A DNA stretch of 33,665 nt from Candidatus Zixiibacteriota bacterium (GCA_041742355.1 JBGSIV010000289.1:1-33665); one strand, 5' to 3'. Counted from the stretch's first letter, positions 7,992-17,713 are shown. Notes: generated by a model from the sequence alone, not told the origin. Numbers and translations are program-made.

Positions 7992-9860
7992 TTACTCCGA
8001 CGCCATCTTCACCTTCACGAACTCGCGGGCCTTGGTCTGGCGCGCGCGGACGAAGGCGGAGAAGGCCGCCAGCTGCTCACAGCCGACTTCCCTTTCACGG
8101 CACTCCGAATCCTGGATGACCTTCACCCACTCTTCGCCCGTTTCCGCAGCCCTGCGCCAGAATCCGAGATCACACTCCACTGAGTCATGGGCCGGCGCTG
8201 TCGCTTCCGCCACGCCCGTCATTCCTTTCCAACTGATCGTCACCACGTCGCGCATACGCCGGGGGTAGCCGAGATTGACCGGGTATTTGCGGGTCTCGGG
8301 GTTGAGCGCCGAAAGATCCAGCGCGTCCCCGTACACCGACGGCGGTATGTAGCAGGTCTGCTTGAGGAAATCCACCGGCCGTTCTGTCGCGCCCTCGAGG
8401 CGGATGGTGAGGCCCGACGTATCGCTCGGGGAGCCCGTGATCGTAGCGGCGGTGAGCTTGACCGATCCCAGTTCGCCGGCGAAGTAGCCTTCGAGGCGCC
8501 GGAGGCGGTTTTCGACATCGGAGTCTTCGAACAGCGCCTGCAGGCGCAGCGCGCCGATGCCGGTAACCTCCCACTCCGCCTCGATGCCGAGGCGGTGATC
8601 TTTGCGGAGACGCAGGGTTGTCGTCCTCACCCAGCGATTGTCGTCGGCCGTGCTTGACGGCGTCCGCAGCAACACGCCGCCGGTATCAGTCACCGCCAGC
8701 ACCGGCACGTCCTGATCGGCCGCCGGCAACTGCCCGCACAGGCAGTCATCGCAGGTCGGGTCCATCCAGATCGTATCGCTGCCGTCGATCGCAAAGGTGA
8801 TCACATGATTGAAGCCGAACGAAGGGAACTCCGGATCGATCGTGCCCGATCCCCGAGTCGCTATCAGAACCGGGTAGGCTTCGACTCCGGCCTGCCGGAG
8901 GTACGAAACCAGAAGCGTCGCCATGTCCTTGCAGTCGCCGTAGCCGCACTGCTGCACATCGGACGCTGGGTGCGGCTGCCACCCGCCGATGCCGATCGAC
9001 ACCGCAACGTAGCGGGTCTCCTGGAGAACCCGATTGTAAGCGTCCCAGATCACTTCGATTCCGGTCTTCGCCGCCGCTGGAGAACCGGCCGGAAGATACC
9101 GATCAGCCGCCAGGGAGCGGTACCAGTTCCCGACCTCCTTCCATGAAAAGCCGCTGTACTGGCTGCGGTCAAACCTGAAAGCGTGTGGCGACAGCGCGAG
9201 GTGAGCGGGCTCCTCGGCTTCGACCGGGAGATAGTCATCGTTCGGCAGGGGCGCGACATCCGCGACCTCCCAGCGGTAGACCATCGGATTCCCCTCGGTG
9301 ATCTGCGGCTCGATGTCCAGCCCCCTGACCTGGTAGTGCACGTCCAGTCCCGGAGGCCGCTTCAACTCGTACGCTGCCCGCACCACGGGCAGGTAGCTCT
9401 GGAGAGATCCCCCTCGGAGGAAGAACAGCGAGGTCGATTCGATGGTGTACGCATACTCGATTGTGTACGGGTAGGCCGGTCCGGGAAGGTCGATGTAGTA
9501 CGTGCAGCTCGAGGTGTACAGCGAGTAGGACGGACCGAAACCGCAGGTCCGCAGCATGTCCTTGAGCTTTTTCGAGTACACCCTCTGCCCGCAGCTGTCG
9601 TAGAGGTCGATACGGACATTGTCGATTTTGTTGTAGGTGTCGCCGGTGATGGACAGACCGGCAAACCGTTCGCCGCGGTCGTTCAGGATCACCAGCCTCG
9701 CCCGGGTTTCTTCACGTACCCCTTTGTCGGTCACCTCGGCTGTGTAGAGCCGATACTCGAAGTAGCCGCCCCGCTCGACGGCGGTTTCGGGGATGTCGGC
9801 CGCCGACACGCAGGATGTCAGGAGCACGACCGCTGCGGCTATGAACGCGAGCCGTTTCAT
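7992..9860 (-). CDS. DUF3857 / transglutaminase-like domain protein with an intact catalytic triad
   Basis: Signal peptide; RYVAVSIGIGGWQP, GYGDCKD (Cys), FNHVI (His), WMDPT (Asp); start overlaps the upstream stop (TGATG). Confidence 0.88.
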   Translation of the reverse strand: MKRLAFIAAAVVLLTSCVSAADIPETAVERGGYFEYRLYTAEVTDKGVREETRARLVILNDRGERFAGLSITGDTYNKIDNVRIDLYDSCGQRVYSKKLKDMLRTCGFGPSYSLYTSSCTYYIDLPGPAYPYTIEYAYTIESTSLFFLRGGSLQSYLPVVRAAYELKRPPGLDVHYQVRGLDIEPQITEGNPMVYRWEVADVAPLPNDDYLPVEAEEPAHLALSPHAFRFDRSQYSGFSWKEVGNWYRSLAADRYLPAGSPAAAKTGIEVIWDAYNRVLQETRYVAVSIGIGGWQPHPASDVQQCGYGDCKDMATLLVSYLRQAGVEAYPVLIATRGSGTIDPEFPSFGFNHVITFAIDGSDTIWMDPTCDDCLCGQLPAADQDVPVLAVTDTGGVLLRTPSSTADDNRWVRTTTLRLRKDHRLGIEAEWEVTGIGALRLQALFEDSDVENRLRRLEGYFAGELGSVKLTAATITGSPSDTSGLTIRLEGATERPVDFLKQTCYIPPSVYGDALDLSALNPETRKYPVNLGYPRRMRDVVTISWKGMTGVAEATAPAHDSVECDLGFWRRAAETGEEWVKVIQDSECREREVGCEQLAAFSAFVRARQTKAREFVKVKMASE

Positions 9861-11791
9861 CACTGCCCCCCGGTCATCGTGAATACCACCTTCTCGGCGG
9901 ATGCCTTCTCCACCTCGACGAAGAACTCCCGCAGGTCCGGGTACTCGTCGACTTCGAAGAGGGGTTTGCCGACCTTGAGCGAATTCCTGATCTGCACCAT
10001 GGATCCGTCGGCGGAGCAATGGCGCTCGTAGAGCAGCCCGTCGACCATGAAGGCCGTGTCCGGGGGGGCCGAGGCCGCGACGGAACCGTCGGGGCCGACA
10101 ATCTGCACGATCGACTGATAAGTGTACGGATAGTTAAAGTTGATCGGGAACGTGCGCCGCTTGTTCCGGAACGGATTCCGGGAGAACATTCCCGGCGGCA
10201 TGTCCACCACGAGGTTCTCTTCCATGCTCCGCGCCGCCCCCTCCACCGTGTAACCTGTGACGACCCGGAAACGGTGCAGAGAGTCCAAGGTCGCTTCGAA
10301 GGTGCCCCGCTTGTAACCGTCATGCGTTATACCGAGGATGTCGTCGTCGAGATACTCGTCCGGCTCAGTCGTTTCGTACGCCCGGCCGTAGGCTGCAGTC
10401 AGGTATCCCGTGCACATCACCGATGTCGAGCACGAAGCGTTGCCCGCCTGATCCAGGCGGTACGTGACCATGTCGATCCGGTTCGAAGCCGGCTCACCGG
10501 TCGTGATTTTGACCAGCTCCGACTTGTCCCCGTCCAGAAGCAGGCCGATGTCGGTCCGGCACACCGGCGGGAGGGTGCCGTAGGTATTGTACTTGCTCGT
10601 CGCGTCGAGATAGATTCCCCCCTGTTCGACCTCCGCGAAGACAATCGCGTGGGTGAACTGGTCCGCTCCCAGCCAGGTGGGATCGAATTTGGCGTAGTCG
10701 CGCGTGCAGATCAGAATCGGCCAGGCTTTGACTCCGGCCGTCCTGAGCATCTCGAGCAGGAGGAGGTTCTTTTCGCCCGAGGTCCCGTACTTCGCCTTCA
10801 GCAGATCGCCTATCCCGTCGTGGTGGAAGTTGTCAGAGAAGTCGTCCTGGCGCGTGGCGATCTCCCCGACCACCCAGTCGTATAGTGCTTTCGACTTCTG
10901 GTAGCTGGAATCAAGCCCCTTAATCAACCCCCGCACGAAGGGCTTGAAATCGCGGGGTTTGCCTATGTACTCGTTGAGGTGCGCCTCCCACACCTGGCCG
11001 ATGTCGCGCCACTTGTCCATCGCGTCCTGGTTGGTCGCCTTCCGCTCCATGGAGGAGTAAGTGTACGTGAGCGACGGCACGAAGTCCGCCCAGAACCCCC
11101 GGTAGGGTTCATCATCGTCGATAGGGGGAAGATTGGTCAGCTCCCAGATGAACTTCTGCTTGGCCTTCATTTCTGCCCCCGGCAGTTTGACCACGACCGG
11201 ATCCCGCTTACCGAGCGGGACGTTTCTCGTGCGGAACTGGTATTGCAGGCCGACGCCCACCTCGAGCGCAAACTCAGTCTCGAGCGTGTAGACTGCGTGG
11301 CTGAATATCCGGTAATCGGAGTACATCCACCCCCCGCCCCACAGACGGTAGGAGTACTCGAGGATGCACCCGCTGTCGGCCTGGGGGAATGCGAAGGTGC
11401 AGTTGATGCGATCCCCGACCTTGCGGGTATGGAAGTCGCTTTGGGCAACCGCAATGGCTTGGCCGCCGGGCAGCACCGTTTGGGCTTTCAGGTCTTCGAG
11501 GTGCTCCCGCTTGGAATAGGAGAATTCCCGTTCCCCGACGTCTTCGATCCCCTGCTTGTTCAGTACCTTGTAGCGTATGTGCCGGCGTTCCTCGCCGGTG
11601 GCGCCGATGACGTAGATCCTGTCAAAGATCACGAGCGCGTTGGCTTCGCGGTAATCGCTCGGGGCCTGCAGTTGCCACTCCCGCTCGGTGATTTCCCCGA
11701 ATTCCTGCTGCGCCCACGCGGTGCCGCCGGCCGCCGCCGTCAGGACCGCTGCCGACAGCGCTACCCCGGCAATCCATGCTGCACGTTTCAT
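9860..11791 (-). CDS. DUF3857/DUF3858 transglutaminase-like protein lacking the catalytic Cys
   Basis: Signal peptide; LKAQTV, GCILEYSY, GTSGEKN in place of GDCKD, FTHAI, YLDAT, NPF...RTFPINF, EYPDLREFF; AGGAGG RBS before ATG 11791. Confidence 0.85.
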   Translation of the reverse strand: MKRAAWIAGVALSAAVLTAAAGGTAWAQQEFGEITEREWQLQAPSDYREANALVIFDRIYVIGATGEERRHIRYKVLNKQGIEDVGEREFSYSKREHLEDLKAQTVLPGGQAIAVAQSDFHTRKVGDRINCTFAFPQADSGCILEYSYRLWGGGWMYSDYRIFSHAVYTLETEFALEVGVGLQYQFRTRNVPLGKRDPVVVKLPGAEMKAKQKFIWELTNLPPIDDDEPYRGFWADFVPSLTYTYSSMERKATNQDAMDKWRDIGQVWEAHLNEYIGKPRDFKPFVRGLIKGLDSSYQKSKALYDWVVGEIATRQDDFSDNFHHDGIGDLLKAKYGTSGEKNLLLLEMLRTAGVKAWPILICTRDYAKFDPTWLGADQFTHAIVFAEVEQGGIYLDATSKYNTYGTLPPVCRTDIGLLLDGDKSELVKITTGEPASNRIDMVTYRLDQAGNASCSTSVMCTGYLTAAYGRAYETTEPDEYLDDDILGITHDGYKRGTFEATLDSLHRFRVVTGYTVEGAARSMEENLVVDMPPGMFSRNPFRNKRRTFPINFNYPYTYQSIVQIVGPDGSVAASAPPDTAFMVDGLLYERHCSADGSMVQIRNSLKVGKPLFEVDEYPDLREFFVEVEKASAEKVVFTMTGGQ

Positions 11792-11973
11792 CGTAGTCCT
11801 CCTCGCCCGAAACTTAGCGTGTGTCATCCGTGATTCAAATATAGACATGCGTCGGTTTGCCGGTGTGCCATCCGGCGCACCGCGAACGACTGCTGTCAAA
11901 ACGACGCCCTGCGGGGGCTCCTTTGTAACTCCGTGATTTCGCGCGTGACCGACCCTGCCTCGGTCACTCCCCG

Positions 11974-12002
11974 AAAATATGGAACGTCGATGTCCCTGTC
12001 AA
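11974..12002 (-). promoter_or_regulatory. Candidate sigma-70 promoter for the DUF3857 operon
   Basis: TTGACA-N17-TATTTT on the minus strand. Confidence 0.55.
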
Positions 12003-12020
12003 TAATTTTGCGACAGCGCG

Positions 12021-12052
12021 AAAAAAACCGCCGCCCGGTACCGGGCGGCGGT
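12021..12052 (-). terminator. Intrinsic terminator after the S41 peptidase gene
   Basis: Perfect 26-bp palindrome ACCGCCGCCCGGTACCGGGCGGCGGT (12027-12052) followed by a T-run on the minus strand. Confidence 0.8.
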
Positions 12053-12096
12053 CTATGAGGAGGAACAGTGCGATGTGTTCCTATTATCTCTATTAC

Positions 12097-12128
12097 GTGC
12101 CTAATATGTGCCTAATGTGTGCCTACAT
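12097..12128. repeat. About 3 x 11-bp tandem repeat GTGCCTAAT(A/G)T overlapping the S41 stop codon
   Basis: Units start at 12097, 12108 and 12119. Confidence 0.6.
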
Positions 12129-13472
12129 CGTCTTTTCGCTGCGATCCGAGTGGCCGTCATCGTAGCGACCTTCGACTGCGACTACCTTCCCGAAATCATC
12201 CTTGATGAATTGCAGCCGGAAATACGGGATATCCGCAAACCCGAACAGATCGTTCCCCATTGGCGTCATCTGATGCTTCGGGCCGTCTTCCCGCTGGTAG
12301 ACCAAAATGCCCCCTTCGCTGCGGACATGCCTCGGGCCGAAATCCCCGACATACGCCTGCATCTCAGTCTCGGAGAGCGCCACCGGGTTCACCTCTGCCT
12401 GGAGGCCGGCGATACCCCAGTCGTACTGCGCCGCAAGCTGAGGATCGGACGCGTTCTTGTCCCGGAGCGACTTCAGAGCCTCCATCTGAGCTACCATGAG
12501 CGCCTGCGGCGCCGGGCACTGGATATCCGGCTCCACGCCGACGCCCTCCCAGTTGGTCCCGGTGATGGGATTGATCGCCCGGCCGAATGGGACGCGCACG
12601 CCTACCTGCAGATTGGGAAATCCATGCATACCCACCGGATGCGCCCCGCCACCAGTCGTTTCCCCGACTATGGTCGCGCGTTTGAGATTCTTCAGATTAT
12701 AGGTGAACTCCTCCGCGCCCGAAAACGAGTAGCTGCTGGTGAGGACGTAGATCGGTGTCTTGTCCATCCGCTGCCCATCGACATGCGCGCTGGTCCAGAA
12801 CTGCTGAAGCGAGTCCGTCTCGCGAATATAGAACGTATTCAAATGTACCGGCTGATCGAAAAAGTAGCTGGAGAGCAACCCGATCATCACCGGATCTCCG
12901 CCGCCGTTCTCCCTTAGGTCAATGATGAGCGCATCGCAGTTGCCGAGGAAATTCATCGCCGCCACCGCTGTTTCGCGCGCCTCGGGATAGCCGCTGAACT
13001 GGTTGAACTTGAGATAGCCGATATTCCCCGGCAGGCGCTTCACTTCCTCAAACCAGAAGTTGTTGAAACGCGCCTCCCGCAGTTCCTCCCACTCGCTCGG
13101 ATGGTTGGTCGTATCAAGCATCGCCTCGAGCTGCTCCTTCGGCATGTACCGCACGCCGAAATGCTTGTCGTGGCACACCGTCAGCAAATCCAGGGTGAGC
13201 CCGCGCGCGAAAGCCGCCGTAGTCGTCAGCGTATCATACGCGCCCTTCTTCAACTGCTTGCGCGCATGCTCCTCCATCTTCTTCGCGACATCCGGGAAGA
13301 CGTAGTACTTGTTCAATGCCTCGCTAATGCTGTCGATGACCGCCGCCTTGCCCGCCCGATCGATCGCCGGCCCCATATCATTCGGCCCCGGCTGCGCCAG
13401 GACTATCGATCCCGCCGCCAGCACGAAAACCGGCACCGCCCACAACATCATCTGCCTCATCGCACGCACCAT
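12123..13472 (-). CDS. Secreted S41 family peptidase with an N-terminal S41_N domain
   Basis: Motifs YYVFPD, DKHF, NIGYLKF, LIIDLRENGGG, SFSGAEEF, GETTGGG and WEGVGVEPD; signal peptide; GGAGGT RBS before ATG 13472. Confidence 0.92.
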   Translation of the reverse strand: MVRAMRQMMLWAVPVFVLAAGSIVLAQPGPNDMGPAIDRAGKAAVIDSISEALNKYYVFPDVAKKMEEHARKQLKKGAYDTLTTTAAFARGLTLDLLTVCHDKHFGVRYMPKEQLEAMLDTTNHPSEWEELREARFNNFWFEEVKRLPGNIGYLKFNQFSGYPEARETAVAAMNFLGNCDALIIDLRENGGGDPVMIGLLSSYFFDQPVHLNTFYIRETDSLQQFWTSAHVDGQRMDKTPIYVLTSSYSFSGAEEFTYNLKNLKRATIVGETTGGGAHPVGMHGFPNLQVGVRVPFGRAINPITGTNWEGVGVEPDIQCPAPQALMVAQMEALKSLRDKNASDPQLAAQYDWGIAGLQAEVNPVALSETEMQAYVGDFGPRHVRSEGGILVYQREDGPKHQMTPMGNDLFGFADIPYFRLQFIKDDFGKVVAVEGRYDDGHSDRSEKTM

Positions 13473-13513
13473 CACAACCTCCAAAGCATCCGCACATTTC
13501 ACTTCCTGAACCG

Positions 13514-14011
13514 CTAAGGCAGGATCTTCTTCCGCTTCAACCGCGAGGCAACCCGTTCGTACATGCTCTCCCGGTCGAGGTTTTCCTCGGCGCGGCGCAG
13601 GGCATCGATCAGGTTCACGCCCGATGAGACCGCCAGTTCGCCGGTTGCCTCGGCGATCACCCCCCACACCGGCTCCAGCACCGTCACCGTCTGGCGACCC
13701 AGCTTCGTGAGGCTCAACAGGCGGCGGCGGTAATCCCCGGGGTCGCGCGACGACTGCAACAGCCCTTTGCGCGTCAGCTGCCCGGCCACCTGATTGACCG
13801 CCGGGTGCGTCAGCCCAAGGTCGGACGCCACCGTCGTCAAAGGCACCCCGTCATCGTAGTCCTTGAGGTAGTACACCACCGCGAACCACCGGGCCTCGAA
13901 CTCGATATCAAGCTCCTGGTACACCTGTGAGACATCTCTTTGCAGACGATCCGCCAGGCGCCGAAGACGGCTGGCCAGAGCCAGCGGGCCGAGTTGTTCG
14001 ATCACATCCAT
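13514..14011 (-). CDS. MarR family transcriptional regulator
   Basis: LASRLRRL, wHTH LTHPAVNQ..L.RKGL, D.RRRLLSLT.LG. Confidence 0.9.
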   Translation of the reverse strand: MDVIEQLGPLALASRLRRLADRLQRDVSQVYQELDIEFEARWFAVVYYLKDYDDGVPLTTVASDLGLTHPAVNQVAGQLTRKGLLQSSRDPGDYRRRLLSLTKLGRQTVTVLEPVWGVIAEATGELAVSSGVNLIDALRRAEENLDRESMYERVASRLKRKKILP

Positions 14012-14041
14012 TACCTTGCGGCTCCCTTTTCTGTATGGTGA

Positions 14042-14061
14042 GTTACGTAAGCGGTTACGTA
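14042..14061. promoter_or_regulatory. Candidate MarR operator TACGTAA-N4-TTACGTA
   Basis: Perfect AT-rich dyad (also a GTTACGTA direct repeat) about 30 bp upstream of the marR start codon. Confidence 0.55.
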
Positions 14062-14171
14062 TTTGTTGCGATTTGCCCGAGACTTCTCAAGCTCTCGCAT
14101 CTGCTTTAGATCCCCAAGGTAAGGGCTGCCGCAGGCAAATTCAACGCTATCTTTGGAAAAACCGGGCAGAG

Positions 14172-14206
14172 AAAACCGACCGCCCGGTTTCGGCCAGGCG
14201 GTCGGT
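14172..14206 (-). terminator. Intrinsic terminator after the dockerin protein gene
   Basis: Stem ACCGACCGCC.GG / CC.GGCGGTCGGT followed by a short T-run on the minus strand. Confidence 0.65.
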
Positions 14207-14241
14207 AGGGATTCTCGGATAGTCACTTGACGTAAAGGGAG

Positions 14242-16752
14242 CTACGGGCAGAGGACCGCTAGCGGCCCGGCCTTGAACAGGAAGTTGACTAAATAGGTCA
14301 GATCGGCGACGTTTACTGTGACATTCCCGTTCACATCAGCCTCCTCGAGACATTGGGGCACAGGACCGTCCTTGAAGAGGTAGTTCACGAGATAGGTCAG
14401 ATCGGAAACGTTCACTCCATCCCCCGCATCGCCGTTGACATTCCCGCGGCGGTTGATGCAGCAGGAGGATGGTGACCACACTATACTGAGAACAGTCAGC
14501 GATATCGGATCCCCCTTATCGCCGTTTGCGCCACATAGCGCCGCATGCGTCGGACCATGCACTGACGTGTCGCTGTTTTGGTAGGTGAGAGTCAGTGAGT
14601 CGATTCGAAGGTCGGTGATGCCATGCCCCGGCCAAGTCCATAGAACACCATTTGGCGCTGCCGAACAGTCCATCGTCGACACTAACTTCTGGGGAGGGAG
14701 CGAGGAGGCCCCCCCTTTAAATCCAACTGGATACACCCCCTTGGCCGTCGCCTCGATGAACCCAAGGCTGCTGACCGAAATCCCTGCGACGCTAAACACA
14801 GAGGCGTTATTGTAATAGGCACTGACATTGCAGAGGATAGTGCTGGGCAGTGCCCCCACATTCCAAGTGTTGGTCGCTGCTTTGGTCATGGAAAGGGCCG
14901 TCATGAGTGAGTCTGCCTGTCCGCCAACCTCGAAGTAGAACTCTGTTTCGACCGACGCCCCCACCGGCAGGGTGCCGGACGGATCCGGGTTCGCGGCAAC
15001 GATTGCCCAATCGCCGTCATCTGCGTCGTGCTCCGCAGGAATCACATCAAACCCATCCACCCCACTGGCGCCGAGGTTGCTGACTACGAGCGTCGAGTCA
15101 ACCAACGTGAGGACAGCATTGCCCAGGTTTTTGGCCGATAGCCCGCTGTAATAGAGCCCGGCAGTCTCAGAGATGACCCTGAAGGTCGGCGATCCGGCGG
15201 ACCGAGTGAATAATACATGAGAAAACCCCCCAGTATTCGCGCCAAGATCTCCTGTCTCTATTCGAATGTGTGTCACTCCTGGGTATTCTGTCCCTTCCGG
15301 ATACAGGGTGATGTCCGCACCGCTGTGACAACTGACTCCCGACGCGATCCTTCTCAGCCCGAGGAACCCTCCCCGCTCGGTCCACGTGTCATCCCAGACA
15401 TCATCCTCAATATCTTTGATTACGATTCTGTTGGCCTTAGCCCCGAAGATGACTCCCTCGTACCGATGAAGAACCACCCCGTCCCGAATAATCTCAACCG
15501 CATAGGTGGCCGCATCGGACTGGGCCGTCAGTTCCCAATCAGTCGCACTCACCTTTGAAAGGGTGGTCGAAATCAGATGATCCTCAGGCTGGCCGCCCAA
15601 TTCCCCGTATACCGCCGCGATCATCGAGGAACCTACCGGCATTGCTCCGCCTGAGTCGAGCGGCGAAATATCGGCATGCCATATCCAGTCTTTTCCATTC
15701 AGGTCGATTCTTACCCCTCCATCAGTTCCCAGCCTGGTGACTTCCAGTGACTCGCCAGCCGCCTCCAGACACGCTGTCCCCAGCGAGGTATGCTGCAGCC
15801 CCCAGATTTCCAACGTATCTGGAATCACTACCGCGGTAGGACCGCAACACGTCGGCACCGGATACCCGCCGTAGGGGGCGAACACACTCATCCCGTACAT
15901 GAGGTAATTCTGGAACACCTTGATGTCCAGTGTATCGACGATACAATCCCCGTTCAGGTCGGCGCTGTGCAGGTCTGGCGGCGTCTCGCCACAGGCCGCG
16001 ATGAACTGGGCAAGGTATGAGAGATCTGCCACCGCCAGAGCAATCCCGTCATTATTGATATCCGCGTCAGCAACCCACTCACAGCCCATATCTGCTTCGA
16101 ACACGAATACGTAGTCCGTACCCATCGTTTCAAAAAACGTCGCCCACTCCGTGCCGAAGTAGGTGCTGCGGTGCTCCCCCGAATGCGGCCCCTGGCCGTT
16201 ATCGCTGACGACTGCCAGCGTATCACCGGGCTCGAACGGACAGCAACTCCGAATCCCGATGTGGAAAGGTGCGTCTCCGGGAAGCACCAGATTCATCGAA
16301 GTGAAATCTGCAGTTGCCCAGACGAAGGTTCCGGTCGGAATAGCGGCGTAGGGTACGACCACGGATGTCAAGAGAGAGCTTGGATAGCCCGTACCGTCGT
16401 CAGTCCAAATTCCGACCTCTACGTTCGGCGTGCCTTTCAACGACGGCCGGTGCAGCATCACGCGCACCGTCTTGAGGGAGCAGGCAATACTGCCGGGGGT
16501 TTCGAACCGCTCCGCAATCCACTGCGCACCGCCCTGCGGCAGCTTCCACACGACCGCGGTCGCAGTGTCATCGTAGTAGTAGACCGTTGAGCAGCCGTCG
16601 AGGGCTTCCCGGAGCGACGGATCTTCTGCTGGTGCGTCCACTTTGTCAAAGCGCAGCGGCACCGCAGCCGCTGTCACCCACAGCAAACTGCCCACTGCAG
16701 CCACCAACACCATCGTGGTCACACGGACCATCTTCAGGCGCGTTTCACTCAT
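14242..16752 (-). CDS. Secreted protein with two type I dockerin-like domains and two internal homologous beta-rich domains
   Basis: Signal peptide; internal DINNDG...ADLSYL...ADLNGD; C-terminal CC..RGNVNGD...VSDLTYLVNYLF...EADVNG...ADLTYLVNFLF; GAGGAG RBS. Confidence 0.85.
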   Translation of the reverse strand: MSETRLKMVRVTTMVLVAAVGSLLWVTAAAVPLRFDKVDAPAEDPSLREALDGCSTVYYYDDTATAVVWKLPQGGAQWIAERFETPGSIACSLKTVRVMLHRPSLKGTPNVEVGIWTDDGTGYPSSLLTSVVVPYAAIPTGTFVWATADFTSMNLVLPGDAPFHIGIRSCCPFEPGDTLAVVSDNGQGPHSGEHRSTYFGTEWATFFETMGTDYVFVFEADMGCEWVADADINNDGIALAVADLSYLAQFIAACGETPPDLHSADLNGDCIVDTLDIKVFQNYLMYGMSVFAPYGGYPVPTCCGPTAVVIPDTLEIWGLQHTSLGTACLEAAGESLEVTRLGTDGGVRIDLNGKDWIWHADISPLDSGGAMPVGSSMIAAVYGELGGQPEDHLISTTLSKVSATDWELTAQSDAATYAVEIIRDGVVLHRYEGVIFGAKANRIVIKDIEDDVWDDTWTERGGFLGLRRIASGVSCHSGADITLYPEGTEYPGVTHIRIETGDLGANTGGFSHVLFTRSAGSPTFRVISETAGLYYSGLSAKNLGNAVLTLVDSTLVVSNLGASGVDGFDVIPAEHDADDGDWAIVAANPDPSGTLPVGASVETEFYFEVGGQADSLMTALSMTKAATNTWNVGALPSTILCNVSAYYNNASVFSVAGISVSSLGFIEATAKGVYPVGFKGGASSLPPQKLVSTMDCSAAPNGVLWTWPGHGITDLRIDSLTLTYQNSDTSVHGPTHAALCGANGDKGDPISLTVLSIVWSPSSCCINRRGNVNGDAGDGVNVSDLTYLVNYLFKDGPVPQCLEEADVNGNVTVNVADLTYLVNFLFKAGPLAVLCP

Positions 16753-17062
16753 AGCACCTCTCCTCGTTGGTTGAAAACTTGTTCGGATGAACTATCCGTC
16801 TCCCGTGGCCCCAGACGTCCGCCGGACGTCAGACTTCACAGACCTCCCCGGACTTCAAGCGAAACGGAAGATTGTCCCTGCGTCGTCAATAGGGACCACC
16901 TCATAGCGGCCATCCATCGGCTTGCTCTCCGATGGCGGCCCGGTCGGGAGACGACCCGGCGCGGACATTACTCTCGGTCCCGGCCGAAGGAAGTCGTCAC
17001 ACGGTGGTGCTTGCTGAAAATGTCAGATCCTGCGACAGTACTTACTAAAGTGACCTCGCTGT

Positions 17063-17091
17063 ATCATAGCGCAAAAGATCCACAACTGCAA
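17063..17091 (-). promoter_or_regulatory. Candidate sigma-70 promoter for the dockerin gene
   Basis: TTGCAG-N17-TATGAT on the minus strand. Confidence 0.45.
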
Positions 17092-17149
17092 GGCCTTTCG
17101 CATCACACCCCAGACAATTACCGCTCCGCATAGTGTTCCAGGCATGCGC

Positions 17150-17713
17150 CTATGCATCTGTTGCGCCGGTCGCTCCCTTTTGCTCCAGCATTCTCCGATA
17201 TATCCGCACAATATTCCGGACATCGTCCCGCCCCCGGTGGTGCTGTCCCTCCAGCGGAAGGTCCAATTTACGCAAGGCTTCGGCCATTCCCCTCGGCTTG
17301 GTCCCATACCGCGTCGCGAACTCCCGTTTCAGGTTGCGGTGGACAGCGAAGGGATACTCAACACCGTGCAGGGCGCAGTCCTGCCGCATCTGACGGTCGT
17401 CGTAGCCGCCCCAGGACATGAGGCAGGTCTCCTCTGCGGCCCCCACCCACGCCAGGAACCTGGCCCAGACAAGCGGGAAAATCTCCGCCCGGTCGATATC
17501 TTCCTGTCGGATGGTGGTCAATTCGGTGCAGAACGGGCTGAGATCCGGGTGCTTGACCGGTTTGACAAACGCGTCGTATTCGTCAAGGATATCCCCCTCG
17601 TCGCTGATCCGGGCGGCGGCAATTTCGATGATTTCCTGTTTCTTCGGAAATGTCCGCAGCCGCCAGCAGGTCGCCTCGAGATCGACTACAATATGCTGAC
17701 CGCACCCATCCAT
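17150..17713 (-). CDS. DEDDh 3'-5' exonuclease (ERI-1/KapD-like)
   Basis: Motifs VVDLEATC, EIIEIAA, FVKP...LSPFCTELT.I.Q, SWGGYD and HHRGRDD. Start uncertain (17713 or 17722). Confidence 0.88.
   Translation of the reverse strand: MDGCGQHIVVDLEATCWRLRTFPKKQEIIEIAAARISDEGDILDEYDAFVKPVKHPDLSPFCTELTTIRQEDIDRAEIFPLVWARFLAWVGAAEETCLMSWGGYDDRQMRQDCALHGVEYPFAVHRNLKREFATRYGTKPRGMAEALRKLDLPLEGQHHRGRDDVRNIVRIYRRMLEQKGATGATDA

Noticed and set aside
11855..11870. TGGCAC upstream of the DUF3857 operon as a sigma-54 promoter
   Set aside because: No TTGC-like -12 element at the required spacing; a better sigma-70 candidate exists.
11792..11970. GGCAAACC...GACGCA on the minus strand resembling a c-di-GMP-I riboswitch
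   Set aside because: The P2 stem/GNRA loop and the P3 receptor are missing.
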